Under the pieces are notes generated by a model, which was given only the letters and a program-made list of their open reading frames with translations, did not search any database and had not been told where the DNA came from. Made by a program: the position numbers and the translations under genes. Positions 13,837 through 28,794 of a stretch of 64,000 nt of DNA are shown piece after piece. Source of the stretch: Octopus vulgaris (Eukaryota). The stretch's first letter is position 1, and each line of letters opens with the position of its first letter. The stretch is from contig OX597825.1 in assembly GCA_951406725.2 (NCBI GenBank), forward strand, positions 50,282,001 through 50,346,000, written 5' to 3'.

Positions 13837-15786
13837 CGTACATACATGTGTGTGTGTGATTGTGTATGTGTGTGTGCATGTTAATCCTCATTGAGGAGAT
13901 AACAAGGGATCAAGACTTCTGGCTATTTGCTGTGCTTGAGAAGACAAATGAAGTTAAGTAAAATCATAGCCATCCACACATACAAGCATTTCCTTTACAG
14001 TTATGCCTCCCACCCACACATAATTCAGTCAATACTCTTCTACAACCCATCTTTCTTACACACCCACTATCCATGGCCAGCTCTGCTACTCTCCCTCACG
14101 GGCCTATCTGCAGACACTCTTAGCCCTCACATCTACCTTACCTCCCACCCAACCATTCCAATTCTTTTCACCATCATACACTTTTATGGAACATCCCTTC
14201 TATCCCCTGTGTAATACTTATACTCCCTCCGACACTGTTCCATATGTGTAGGCCCTCTCTCTCTCTCTCTTACTTTGACCGACTCTCTCTATCTCTCTCT
14301 CTCTAATACTCTCCCATCTTCCTTTCCTTCCTTGTCCTACTAAGGTAACCAAATAGGAAGGCTATCCTTGCTCCTGTATTATACGTTACTCTCTCGCCTG
14401 ACACACAGCCACTTTCCTTGGTTCCACTCCCTCTCACAGCTGAGAGGTCTTTATCCCATAAGCTACTTGTAGGACAAAAACTGAATGCAAGAGAAATCAG
14501 AGAAGACTGTTGGTACAGCAATATAATGCATAAGGGGGAATGAATGCTGTATAAGGAAGTTCTAAATGTGGAAGAAAGAAAGACCAAGGAAGATATGGAA
14601 CAAACACCAATCTTAAGATGCTGAGCTTCCTGATGGAGATGGTTAGCAATGATTAACTACACACATTTCTCTGTTGGATAGCATTAGCACGAGAACATTA
14701 AAACAAGGCATGAACGCTGAGTGATTTTTATTTACAATTGCATCTTTGTCTGATAACCCTCCATCTTCTTCCCACCTATCTGAAACAGTCACCTCCTACT
14801 CTCAGTCACCTGTCACTCACACTCTGTCTCTACCTACCATTCTTATCACTCATCACTTGCACTGCATGCTCTTCTTTCAGTCACCCAATGTTACTCTATC
14901 ATGGTCACTATACAGTTAGGAATGGAATGACCTTAATTTCTCCAGCTTTTACACTCCACCATTCCATTTAGCCCGTCTTCCACTCAGAACATCATGTTAC
15001 CCATGTTGTGAGGATATTTGTGGACATGAGCATATTCTAAAACCCACATCTACCACTATCCTACCTGTCTCTCCCATCAAGATACCTGTGTATGAGGGAT
15101 ATTACTTGATTTATCCATAACTAACACACCCACTTATCTCACTTTCTATGCTGACAGCCTTCCCAGGCCATCAGTATTGACATTCATAACTCTCTTACAC
15201 TCTTATCCACCTTTATTAACATTCAATCTCTCTCGTACACTGGTAACATGCACAAGCTGCTATTTCAGTCAGTCCTCCGTCACTTCCCCATTACACTCTT
15301 ATCACACTGCTCTCCATGTCATAATACCCCCACATACACACACACACTTTTATAACTCTACCATTCACTCCTCTTTTTCATGCTGTCTTCAATGAACAGA
15401 AACACTTCAGATTTGACAAGATTGTTCTTTACTCTTGCTGAAGACATGACAACTTATCTGGTGAAGCTACTATGATAAAATACACCCAGTACATTCAGTG
15501 AAGTGGTTGATGTTAGGGACAGAATCCAGCCACAGGAGCAAAGTACAGTCCTTGAACATGTCTAGGAGGGTAGTAACTCTAAATTAGTATTCAGAACTGA
15601 GACAACCCATCCAACCCACACCAGCATAGGAAGCAGACACAAAATGATGATGATGATATTGGTGATGATGATAACAATGACAGCAGTGAAGATGATGGTG
15701 ATGTATGTGTGTGTGACCAAATGAACATATATGTATATATATATATATATATAGAGAAATATTAGCTAATAACAAGTTGTTATTTA

Positions 15787-16007
15787 TAAGGTGGCAGGTT
15801 AGCAGAATCGTTATCACACTGGGCAAAATGCTTAGTGGTATTTCATCTGTCTTTATGTTCTGAGTTCAAATGCTACTGGGGTCAACTTAGCCTTTCATCC
15901 TCTTGGGGTTGATAAAATAAGCACCAGTTGAGGACTGGGGTCAATGTAATCAACTTACCCTCACCCTTGATCTTGCTGGCCTTGTGCCAAACACTTTGAA
16001 ACCAATA
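15787..16007 (+). mobile_element. tRNA-derived SINE, family B
   Basis: Same head and core as 15-222. Confidence 0.8.
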
Positions 16008-16936
16008 TGAAGTGGCTATTTAACCCCATGTTAACTGTGATAAAGAATTCAATGGTCAACTGGTATTCCAGCCATGACCAGCTCAACTTTTATTCAAGTA
16101 GCATCTTTAAATCTCCATTATCTCATGTAGTGTGTGATCTGAAGGTTATTTCATTACACTAAAACACAGAGAGTCGGCTTAAAGGCTCATGGCACATATT
16201 GTGTTGTAGAGAATCAGAAACTTACTTTTAATTATGGCACAGAATCTCACAGCCCTTCCCTCTACCAAACCACCCAAGCATCATATTTAAATCTAAGGAA
16301 TCATGACGGTATAAGAAATCATTATGGTAAAAGCAAAAATTGGAACTTTATTACTTAAGATCAACGATATCAGAGTAAAGAGCTTTTAATTTCAATAAGA
16401 TAATAGCTACTGCTACAACCACCCCATTATTACTACTACTGCCACCATCAACACCACCAAACCACCACCACTATAACTGTGAATATATTTGCTGTTTCAT
16501 TGACTACATTAATGTGAAACAAAGACAGATTCTGCGTGGTGAGGCTAGATAGCTCTTCTCTCTTGCAATAACTTCCTCCGATTAACTAATATCTCTGACC
16601 CAATCAGATTTTATTGATATTAAAAGAAAAAGACTGGAAGACATTGCTGCATCTTAAAGTTAGGTGATAGAATTAGCTGAGAAGATGGTTAACTAGTAAT
16701 GGTACTGTGCTACACTTCTGATTCAGCTTTGAGTGTTCTGTTCTAGCTGCAAGCACCATTCTGTTGAATCTCTGAGTAAAATACTTTTCATTGAACATCA
16801 GTATTCACAGTTATCTGGGATGGAACTAAAATGCACAAGCTTTAAAGAATACATCTTCCCCAATATATTACCTTCCAATACTTATCTCAACAAGAAACAA
16901 ACTTACGTAATAGGGTAAGATGTGAAATCCAAGGAA

Positions 16937-16994
<58 letters not shown>

Positions 16995-17266
16995 CATACA
17001 TGTATGTACATATATCTATAGTTGGAATTTACAAAAGAAACAAACAAAACAAAAGATGAAGATGGGTATTAGTTTAACGCTCGGAAGAAAGTCTTTTACG
17101 TTTCGAGCCTATGCTCTTCAAGAGAAAGGAACACAGAAATAAACAGAGAGAAAAAGTAAAAAAAGTTTTAGTGACTAGTTATATACATATATACCTGTAT
17201 GTAAGTGATTATATGTATATATATATATTTATACATGTATGTAAGTACATATATATTGAATGTGTA

Positions 17267-18066
17267 ACGTCAGTGTGTACACACAACAGAGTGTAAGCGC
17301 CCTGAGAGAAATGTTGGACATAAGAAGCATCAGATGTGGTGTGCAAGAGAGACAACTGCGCTTGTATGGTCATGTGCTACGTATCGATGAGGAGAGCTGT
17401 GTGAAGAAGTGACAATCCCTATCAGTGGTAGGAAATTGTGGAAGAGGGAGACCCAGGAAGACATTGGATGAGGTGGTGAAGCTTGAACTTTAAACATTGG
17501 GCCTCACAGAAGCAATGACAAAAAACTGAGACCTCTGGAGATATGCTGTGACTGAGAAGACCCTGCAAGAAAAGAGAGATCACAGCCATAGTCTACACCA
17601 GTGTCACATAACCAGCCCATCTAAAAAGTACCTTTGAATCATTGGGTGACATGCCATGCTTGAGGAGACCTATTGAGTTAAGTAAATCAAAATCGGATCA
17701 AATCACAATCAAATGGAAATTGTAGTTGTGGCCAATACCAGTGCCGCCTGCCTGGGTCTCATGCTGACATCACACAATAAACACAATTCATGCGTAGGTT
17801 GCTGCCAGCTTCCCTGCCCCAACTGGCTCCTGTGCCAGTGGCACATAAAAACCACCATCCATACGTGGCCAATGCCAGGAACCCGTGACTGGCTCCCGTG
17901 CCGGTGGCACGTAAAAAGCAGCCACTACACTCTTGGAGTGAAGGGCATACAGCTGTAGAAACATTGCCAGATAAGATTGGAGCCTGGTGCAGCCTCCTAG
18001 CTCACCAATCCCCAGTCAAACCCTCCAACCCATGCCAGCATGGAAAACAGACATGATGATGATGAT
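17267..18066 (+). mobile_element. RTE LINE 3' fragment
   Basis: Colinear with about 10877-11637 and ends in (GAT)n. Confidence 0.9.
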
Positions 18067-18145
18067 GTACATATGCATATATACATACACATGTGTGTGT
18101 GTATATATATATATATATATACATACTCATGTAAGTATGTATATA

Positions 18146-18192
<47 letters not shown>

Positions 18193-18299
18193 GTAAGTAT
18201 ATATACCATAAAAACCCATGTAATTTGCACACTTGGTAATTTACGCAGATGATTTTCAGGATAAAAATTGTTAAGAGAAGCTTCAACTCATGTAAAATT

Positions 18300-18905
18300 T
18301 GCACCCGTGCTAGCACCATCCGAGCGTGATCGTTGCCAGAGCAGCTAACTGACTTCTGTGCCAGTGGTACGTAAAAGGCCCCATTTGAGCTCGACCGTTA
18401 CTAGCATCACCTTACTAGCAACTGTGCTGGTGGTACGTGTAAAAAGATTCAAGTGAGGTCATTGCCAGTACTGCCTGACTGGCCCCCATGCCTATTTCTT
18501 TACTACCCACAAGGGGCTAAACACAGAGGGGACAAACAAGGACAGACAAACGGATTAAGTCGATTACATCAACCCCAGTGCGTAACTGGTACTTATTTAA
18601 TTGACCCCGAAAGGATGAAAGGCAGAGTCGACCTCGGCGGAATTTGAACTCAGACGAAATACGGCTACGCATTTTGCCCGGCATGCTAACGTTTCTGCCA
18701 GCCGGCCCCCATGTTGGAGGCATGTAAAAACACCCACTACGCTCTCGGAGTGGTTGGTGTCAGGAAAGGCATCCAGCTGTAGAAACTCTGCCAGATCAAG
18801 TTTGGAGCCTGGTGCAGCCATCTGGTTCGCCAGCCCTCAGTCAAATCGTCCAACCCATGCTAGCATGGAAAGCAGACGTTAAACGATAAACAATGATGAT
18901 GATGA
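18300..18905 (+). mobile_element. RTE 3' UTR fragment interrupted by an antisense family B SINE (about 18493-18707)
   Basis: RTE tail motifs on both sides of a reverse-complement SINE B. Confidence 0.8.
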
Positions 18906-19527
18906 TAAACCCCCAATCCACTATGTAAAGTGGTTGATGTTAGTAAGGGCATCCAACTGTAAAAACCATGCCAAAGCAGATCTTGCTGGTGCCATATAAA
19001 ACCCTCCCAGTCCACTCTGTAAAGTGGTTGGTGCTGTAAAAGCCATGCCAAAACAGACAGTGGAACTAGTTGCAGTCATCTGGCTTGATAACACTTGTCG
19101 AAACATCCAAGCATGGAAAACAGACATTAAATAATAATGATGATGATCACACACACAAACACACACACTTTTCAGAAGGTGATGGTAAAATGTATGGAAA
19201 TAGTACAAGTACCACAGCACATAGGAACCATTTCTGGTGGGGTTCAATGGGAGCTAGACCCGGATCTAATCCAGTTCCTGAAAGATCCAGATATTGCAAG
19301 CACTGGACTTACACAGAGTAACAAAGCATAGTCAGGTTAAGTGGCCGCAAGCTATGAAGAAAGAGGAGTAGTGTCAGTATGATAAGAATGTTGACGATGT
19401 CTTAAAAACAACAACCAAAGGTGATGCTAATCATCACTTCCAAGCAATGATCACCATTATCATGTGAGCAGTTTGAACTGGAAGAGGAGGAAAAAGTGAA
19501 ATTTCCTTTATGTATTAAGTAACAACA

Positions 19528-19860
19528 TCATTTAACGTGTTTTCTGCTGTCATGGGTTGGATGGCTTGACAGGAGCTGGTCAGCTGAAGGACTGTACCAT
19601 GCCCCACTTGTCGGTTTGGCATGGCTTCTATGGTGGAACATTCTTCCAGATACCAACCACTTTAAAGAGTGTACAGGGAGCATTTTACGTAGCACCAGCA
19701 CAAGTGTTATTATGTGGAATTGGCACAGGTGCTTTTTATGTGACACCAACATATGTGCTTTTTACGAAGCACCAGAATGGGTGCTGTTACATGGCACTGG
19801 CATCAGTGCTTCTTATGTGCCACTAGCACAAGTGCCTTTTACATGGCACTGGCATGGGTG
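19528..19860 (-). mobile_element. RTE 3' UTR fragment with expanded ~25-bp internal repeats
   Basis: Repeated GCTTTTTACGTGGCAC-like units, antisense to the RTE 3' UTR. Confidence 0.65.
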
Positions 19861-19975
19861 CTCAAGTTAGGCAAAAGATGAGGCTATCCTTATGTTCTTG
19901 TACCAGTGGCCAGTTCCCCACATATGTATGTGTGTGTATTCATATATTCCTGCACACACATATATATACACATAG

Positions 19976-20016
<41 letters not shown>

Positions 20017-20576
20017 GAGAGAGAGAGATACACACACACAGACACTGAGACAGACTGACATACACCCACACACATACACATATACACCTATTCCCAATCA
20101 AGGCAATATTTCCCCAGGGCCAGATGTAGAACACTGGAAACAAGCAATATCACTTGTATTCCAGTGATGCTGCTCATTTACAACCATCAAGTGATGTTAA
20201 AGCAACGGGTACACAAACACAGATAGTAAAACAGTTAGTCTTCAGCTTACATCAGCTTGTATAGAAAATGTGAAGGAAATGATTATTCATCTATAAAGTT
20301 TATTAATCCATATACCAAATGCACTTAGCCTCATATGAAAACTTTGAAGTAATCCTCATTACAGGGCAAATGCTATACAACTCCAGTAGAAAAGTAGTTT
20401 ATGCTGCTTAGTATATGATAACTGAATAAGTGAATGAAAGAAAATGAAGACGCAGTTATGCACTACACGTTGCAGAATTATGGGACAGTTTTAATGATGC
20501 ATAATAGATCATGCATTTCTGAAACAGGCGTAGAGCATAAATACTTCTTCCATTCCTGTCATTGACTTATAGTCTC

Positions 20577-20607
<31 letters not shown>

Positions 20608-21308
20608 TACACACAGATACACACACACACAACAGATTTCTTTCAGTTTCCATCTAACGAATCCTCTCACAAGGCTTTGGTCAGTCTGGGGCTGTAGGAG
20701 AGGACACTTGTGCAAGGTGCCATGCAGTGGAACAGAATCTGAGACCACAGCTTTTATATGAATGAGTGAACAACTGAAAGAAAAAGGCACTCAACACATG
20801 TAGTAAGAATTACATGTATTATTTGAATCAGTTTGATTTGGTTCCATGCAATATAAAGTTTCACAGGTCTCTAGAGACAAGCTTCTATTTGAGGCCTGCG
20901 GAACTCTAAGTCGCATGGAGCCGAATTAAATTGTTTTAAATAATACATATTTATACACACACACACACACGTTTGCATACCATGCAACCACTGACATATA
21001 CATATTTATGTAAATACAGATACACACAAAACACTATATTTCCTCAAGACAGCCTTGCAATCTCAACATTAGTGCAGAATTCAAGGCAAAGCTGGAAGAA
21101 ACTCAATAATGACAACAACAACAACAACAAAAATAATGTTTAATTCAATAGTTATAGATTTGATTTTCACTGCAGGAAATGATGTAAACTGACAGATTTC
21201 AAATTTGGTTTCCAAAATTCTCAGAGGTAATCTTCAGTCATATAACAAACAAATTTACTGTCATTTCTAGACACAGAGAATTCCATTCTACAGAATCTGT
21301 GTGTGTGT

Positions 21309-21351
<43 letters not shown>

Positions 21352-21518
21352 AATACATGCATACAAATATATACACACAAGCAATTATACACAAACACAC
21401 ACACACATATATATGTTACACACATAAACACATGTTCACTGTAGAGGAAGGGATCAGGACTAGTCTTTCATTTTTAATAAAATTTGTGATATGACATCTT
21501 CTCACTTTCAATGTGTGT

Positions 21519-21566
<48 letters not shown>

Positions 21567-22119
21567 AGTGTATGTGTGTGTGTGTGTGTATATATATATA
21601 TACACACACACACACGTATACATCTATGTTTGTATATATAGATAAATGCATGCAAAAAGGAGGGTATCATATCACAAAAATTATTAAACACTCCACCCAG
21701 TCCCTAATTCTGTTCTTTATGAATCAGTGATGAAAAAAAGTTTTTATACTGTTTAATGTTAATATGATATAACAAATAAAAAAAAACAGTTAAATTCAAA
21801 AATAAACGTCTCCATCAAATACAGTAAATTTGGCAACTATTTCAGAATAGAACTATATATAAAAAAAAAACCTTCCATCAAACATTTTAAGTTTTTTGCT
21901 TTCTTCACACATTTAGAATAATCTTGAGGTAAAAAATATTTTAAAATATACAGATGTGTAAAAGTTTACATAAGTATGTTTGTGTGCCTCTCAGTGTATG
22001 TGTGTGTGTGTGTGTGACTTATTCCTCAATTAATGTTTTGGAAAGATGTAAACAAAGAAAATTCTTAATTTAGAAATGAACTTACTTATATAAAGAGAAG
22101 CAAGTGATAACAATGTGTG

Positions 22120-22456
22120 TTATATAGACAGATATAGATATACACAGTCACACTCACATATACATAGAGATTTATATTTACATATATAATATGCATATAT
22201 ATACATACATATATATATATGCACATATATATATGCATACAGGTGTATGTGTGTGTGTATACATATATATATATATACATACATATATATATATATACAT
22301 ATATATATATACATACATATATATATATATACATGCATATATATATATATATATACATATATATACACACACACATATATATATACATATATATATACAC
22401 ACATATATATATATACATATATATACACACACACATATATATATATACATATATAT

Positions 22457-22497
<41 letters not shown>

Positions 22498-22545
22498 TAT
22501 ATATATATATATATAACACACATATACACACACACACATATATAC

Positions 22546-22586
<41 letters not shown>
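22120..22586. repeat. Compound (TA)n/(CA)n microsatellite
   Basis: Direct inspection. Confidence 0.97.
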
Positions 22587-22588
<2 letters not shown>

Positions 22589-23134
22589 ACAAAGTGAAGT
22601 TGTAAGATACCGCACGAGTGGAAATATATATGAAAGAAGGTTAAAATTGCATTTTCAAACATTCTTTCATATATATATACCCCAGTACCCACACTTTATA
22701 CATACACAGATTTGTAAGTAGGTTGTTATGAAGATGTATATATGTATATAAGTAGGTAAATGGATATGTAAGTAAACTGACAAATAAGTAGATAGATAGG
22801 TACACAGGTAATACGGACAGACAAGCACACACATATATACTCAAACATGCACACATGAGGAGACAGATTTACACACACACAAATAAAACTGAATAATGAT
22901 ATACATATGTGTATGCACATGCACACTAATGCACACACATGCACACAAACAAACAAAAAGAACGCAGCTCTAATAATGGACAGAGCCAATGACTATTGAA
23001 GAGGTTGCAAGAAGCAATGAAAATTTTAGAAAAAAATAAATAAATAAAGGAGTGGAAATCGAACTGGTGAGTGTGTTGAATAATAAAGCATTAAAACAGA
23101 ATGACTCTCCCCAGACATAATAATATATATATAT

Positions 23135-23367
23135 TGGCCTTCAAATGACACCACCCCACTGGCTAAGCGAGGAGGCCAAGCGAAGAAAGAGTGAGAGAAA
23201 GTTGTGGTGAAAGAGTACAGCAGTGATTGCCACCACCCCCTGTTGGAGCCTCATGGAGCTTTAGATGTTTTCGCTCAATAAACACTCACAATGCCCGGTC
23301 TGGGAATCGATACTGCGATCCTACAACCACGAACCCGCTGCCCTAACCACTGGGCCATTGCACCTCC
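23135..23367 (-). mobile_element. tRNA-derived SINE, family C
   Basis: Minus strand GGAGGTGCAATGGCCCAGTGGTTAGGGCAGCG...GTATCGATTCCC has A/B-box-like motifs followed by a non-tRNA body. Confidence 0.7.
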
Positions 23368-23444
23368 ACACACATATATATATATATATGCACATATATA
23401 TATGCATACATATATGCACATATATATATATGCATACAGGTGTA

Positions 23445-23486
<42 letters not shown>

Positions 23487-23584
23487 CACACACACACTTA
23501 CATATCTGTGTTAACTTTCTCCATCCTATTCTTATTCTAGCAAGTATACTTCCACTGGAGGAGGATGCTGTGTAAGTATAGTTG

Positions 23585-24075
23585 CTAGATTACAAATAGG
23601 ATGGAGAAAGTCAGTGAATTAGTTACCTTTGCCAGCAATGAAATGTCTCTGTCTCAAAGTGAAAGGCAGATTGAATATGAACCTTGAATATGAACAGTAA
23701 TGCTGCATACAAGTGAAATGTGAATTGTGAATGCAGAGGACACTTGAAGGCTTGAAAGAAAGAAAGCTTGTATGTTCTACTTGATGTGCAATGTCAGTTT
23801 GCATGTGTGACACAGTACAAAATGTATTAAGAGAAAAACTGTGCATAAGAGGTATCAGAAGGTGTCTGCTAAAGAGAACACTGAGTAGGTATAGTCAAGT
23901 GATGCACATAGATGAGGACAGTCGCATAAAGGAATACCAATTGCTATACATGGATGGAACTTGAGGGAGAGGGAGATCCAAGATGTAATAGTGAAGAATG
24001 ACCTCTGGATGCTGCGTCTCATGGAGATGACAAAGGACTGAGATGATTGGCAATTTGCTGTGCTCAAGAAGACTT
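23585..24075 (-). mobile_element. Old RTE RT 3' fragment
   Basis: Antisense similarity to 10620-11100 (KGRLY.ACV...LH, MRRLER, SMRRSIQ). Confidence 0.7.
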
Positions 24076-24799
24076 GTCCATCTAAGCAAAAATGGTGCCC
24101 TAAAAGTTTATTGCTTGTGCCTATGCCCCAGCACCCAGTTTGTCCCAGTAGAGTCTTTTCCTCCCACCTCCACTACCACCACCCCAACTCAGCTTATTAA
24201 TATACAACCCTCCCACAATTCATCTTCCTTTGACACTCCCCACATCAGTCTTCTGACTATGGCACTATTCACTCAGCTGTTGTAACAATGAGAGTGAACC
24301 TGCACATATTTCATCCTTCCATCTTATCATTAATCCTCCTTGGAACACTTCTTTTTTCTCATACATTCTCACTTACCACTTTATTTTCTACTGAACTCCC
24401 TTTCTATCTTCCCTTTCTTCTGTACAACACCTCATTTTACCAATGACAGTCTTCTACGACCTAAGTTCAGCTACTACTTTTTCCACTATTATGTACTTCT
24501 GATTTCATCCATGCACTGTACATCACTCTAACACCTCACCCCACATAACTTTACATCATCTTTGCCACCACAATCACCAGCTACTTCTTTCACCTTCCAC
24601 TTCAACTGACATTTTGACAGATGTTGTCTCCACCATGTTCACCACCCACTGCATTTCCCTTCCATCTGTCACTCTCCTTCATATTCCATGAACTTACATA
24701 TATACCCATACCACTGTAGGAGAGGTACCATAGCTGTGAAATCTGGCATGCATTAGTTTCAACTCTTCTTATTAACAAATGCATTATATCAGTTCAAGT

Positions 24800-25927
24800 A
24801 AACAGACAACTGATTGTTCAAAGACAATTTCAAAAGTAACAAGTAGAGAGTTCTTTTGAAAATCAACAAAATTTTGAATCATGCTGTTATTAAGTATGAG
24901 TTGAAAAAGGGATTACCCCCAAGGACATTCATACTAACATGGTTGCTATATTAGGGGATTATGTTCCAGCTTTATCAACAGTGCTGTTGAATTTAGGCAA
25001 GGAAGGGACAGTTTTGAAGATGACACAAGATCTAGACATCCTGCAATTGCCCCCACCAAGGAAAACATTGATTATGTTCACCATATAGTGATGGATGACA
25101 GACAGTTGACTATAAATCAAATAACCAATGCTATTAGCATATCCTGTGAGAGAGTTGAGAATATTCTGCACAATGAACCTGGCATGATGAAGTTTTCTGC
25201 TCAGTGGTTACCATGTCTTCTGACTCCTGTTCAAAAGTGTACCAGGCTGATCCTGGGAAAATCTGTCATTCTTTCAGGCAGATCCAGCTGGTTTCCTTGA
25301 ACGTTTCCTAACCCAGGTTGAGTGTTGGGTTGTATCACTTTGAGCTAGAGAGAAAATCTATGCAGTAAAAACACCCCTCCTCACCTTCTCCAAAGAAGGC
25401 CAATGTCATTTCATCTGCAGAGAGAATGATGTCCACAGTTTTTTGGGATGCAAAAGACATTGTGTATATTGACTATCTTCAAAAGGGCCACAACAATAAT
25501 GGAGAATACTGTGCTAACTTGCTGAGGCAGTTATGAAAAGCTATCAAGACCAAACACCCAGAAAAACTAACAAAAGGGGTCTGGTTTCATGACAATGCTC
25601 CAGCACACATCTCCTTGGTTTCAATAGCTGCTATCCATGACCATGACTTTGAACTGGTTGATCACCTCCCTGTTCCACTAGTTTGGCCTCATCTGACAAT
25701 CATTTATTCCCCAACATGAAAACACTAGGCTGGGAATCAATATTACAGTGATGATGATGTCATATATGCTATTGATGATTTTTTTGACCAACAGGATGAT
25801 ACGAGCACTGCAACACCAATGGAAGAAATGCATGGACTGCAAGGGACTATGTTGAAAAATAAATCTCATTTGGTTACATTTCATGAAGTTATCTTAGTCA
25901 GCCTATGAACTTTACAGTGAACCCTCA
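24800..25927 (+). mobile_element. Decayed mariner transposon
   Basis: Relics of DDRQLT...ISCERVENILH, WLPCLLT (WVPxxL), FHDNAPAH and LASSD..LFPNMK (YSPDLAPxD); right TIR ...ACCCTCA-TA. Confidence 0.85.
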
Positions 25928-26131
25928 TATATACATAGGTATGTATGTGTGTGGGTGTGCTGGTAGGCAGACAGACAGATGAATTAGTTACAGGATTCAT
26001 TAGAATCTAGGCATATTAACAAGGACATGAGGAATAGCAGGGTACCTAGTACTGAGCTCACAGTAAGGTAAAACAACTTTCAGTCATCAGTTGTTGGTAG
26101 TATACTGTAAGTACACACACACACATATATA

Positions 26132-27095
26132 TCAGGTCATCACATAAGTTCTCTTCAAATTTTGAATAAAGAAAACAAGTGTTATATTTAATTGAAATTT
26201 AATCATCAGTGTACTTTCCCTGATTATCTATGACTTCCTTCCATCTCTTTACAAGTTTTCTAATCCCATCAATGTAAAACTCTTTTGGTGTCAGAGCAAA
26301 GAACTCTGAAATGTCAGTTTTGACCTCCGCCTGGCTTGCGAAAGTTATGCCCCCCCCCCCCAATGATTCTGTAAACTACGAAACAAATGGTAGTCTGAAG
26401 GAGCAAGGTCGGGAGAATAAGGTGGATGAGGAATTTTTTCCCAACCAAGCTCTTTGATCTTCTGTGATGTCATCTTTGCAGTGTGGGGCTGCACATTGTC
26501 CTGATGAAACATCACTCTTTTTCAATTCACTAAAGTGGGTCTTTTTATTTAATTCAGAGCTTGGTTCAAACGCTCTAATTGCTGACAGTAGACTTGAGCA
26601 CTGATTGTTGCATTGGATGGTAACAATTCAAAGAGAATTACTCCTTTGCAATCCCACCAGAAAGAGAGAAGAACCTTTTCCCATAAAGTTCCCTTCTTGG
26701 TTGTGGTTGAGCTTTTTCCCTTTTACCAAGCCACTGTTTATGACGCTTAACATTTCGATAGAAGATCCATTTTTCATCACTAGTCACAAATCTATCCCAA
26801 AAGAGTGAAATGAGTTCGCAAGAATAGAGAAAAGAGCAGATGTGAACTCAGGATTTGCGGTTGCTTCCGGACAATTCATGAGGCACCCATTTTCCAAGTT
26901 TAGGAACCTTTCCAAGTTGTTGAAGATGACGATGAACAGTTGCATGGTTTGAGTTAAGCTTTATTGCCAATTCTTCAATTGATAATGCAGGATTTTCTTC
27001 AAGTAATGCCTCAAGGAGCTTATCATCAAACTCAACTGGATGTCCTATTCGATCTTCATCTTCAAGGCTGAAATCTCCACTTCTGATATCCCAGA
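26132..27095 (-). mobile_element. Decayed mariner transposon, 5'-truncated
   Basis: LEDEDRIGHP...WVPHELS, IVTSDEKW-like motif, FHQDNVQPH and PPYSPDLAPSDYHLFRSLQ on the minus strand. Confidence 0.9.
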
Positions 27096-27120
27096 TTATG
27101 GGATATTCTGTCATCGAAGA

Positions 27121-27174
<54 letters not shown>

Positions 27175-27589
27175 AGTAATTGTTTGAACTAATGGATGGA
27201 TATATGTCAATTAGTGTGTTGAATAAAACACACTCACAGTTTGGGCTACTTGGTGTCAAATATGGTTAGGGTATGTATCCTCTGGATCTACTTCAGGAAT
27301 TCTGCCATGTTAGTTGAGATAATAATGATCGATGAATGAAGTGGAAGATGGATTTGGCATTAGTCTTTATTCAGTACGATGATCATTTCAACCCTTCTGC
27401 TGACTGTCCTTCATGGGTGGGATGTGTATCCAATTGTGTTGTATTGATCAGTGCAGTCTGGATTACATCAGGTACATATATACAATAAAGTGAGCAACTC
27501 ACTCATCATTCTATGTAAAGACTAATGCTAAATCCATCTTCTGTGTCATTCATCAATTATCATTATAAATATATATATATATATATATA

Positions 27590-28691
27590 TTATTATTGTT
27601 ATTTTTATTGTATTTTTGTATTTATATTCTCGTAACATCATCTGTTTTCCCGTCCTTGTTTCCGTAATTATTTGATGCTTTTTTCCAAGGAATCTAATGC
27701 TCTTAGCTTTGTTTTTCCTTGGGGCTGGCCTGATTGGAGCAATCTCAAGATTAATCAGCCAAAATTGCGAGGATGATCCAGTTCTTGACTGAAGATAAAA
27801 GGCTTCGAATGACCCGTCCTTGTTTTTTTTGTATCGTCTATCTGGATGTTTTGTTGTCCCTTTTTGTATCACCTAGTTGTTCGGATGTTTTGTGTTCTTG
27901 TCCCATTTTGTATTTTATTTTATATATATATATATAGTGACGTACATACACTTTGTTCTCTTATATGTAAGTACACATTTCACTAAATTTTGTATGACTT
28001 TTTCAACCTTTTTACTTTTCGTTCTTGCTTTCTCCTCCCTCTCTCTCACATTTCTTTGCCTTTCTTACTCACTTTTCACTTGACTATGTCCCTGTCTCTC
28101 TTTTTTTCTCACCACTCCTTGATTCTTCCACCAATCTACTTCTACACACTCTATCTCGCTCTCTCTCTTCTCCCCCTCCTTAATTCCTTTGTTCCTCTTT
28201 TTCTCCCCCTTCTCTTCTCCCATGACCGATAGGCCGACTGCTAGTCCTTTTGCGTCTGACCATGGTCACTGCCACATCAACAGTCTTCCTTCTGCCGTAA
28301 GGCTTCATTTCCACACATGCCAGCTGAATTTGTCCCCAGTTGAAAGACACCTGTTGTTATGTCCTGTTATAATTATTATTATTGTATTTTGTATTTATAT
28401 TCAAGTAACATCGTCTGTTTTTCCGTCCTTGTTTTCGTATACATTCAATGCTTTTTTCCAAGGAATCTAATACTCTTAGCTTAGTTTTCCCTTGGGGCTG
28501 GCCAGATTGGAGCAATCTCAAGATTAATCAGCTGAAATTGCGAGGATGATTCAGTTCTTGACTGAAGATTAAAGGCTTCGAATGACCTGTCAGTGTCTTT
28601 TGTATCGTCTATCTGGATGTTTTATTGTCCCTTTTTGTATCACCTAGTTGTTCGAATGTTTTGCATTCTTGTCCCATTTTGTATTTTATTT

Positions 28692-28700
<9 letters not shown>
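27590..28700 (+). mobile_element. Non-coding element with ~330-bp direct terminal repeats (pseudo-LTR-like)
   Basis: 27590-27925 and 28367-28700 are diverged direct copies flanking a pyrimidine-rich core, set in TA tracts. A partial inverted copy lies at 4035-4138. Confidence 0.75.
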
Positions 28701-28730
<30 letters not shown>

Positions 28731-28794
28731 AGACAGACAGACAGACAGGCAGACATACAGACAGACAGATAGATAGATATGTGTACACACACAT

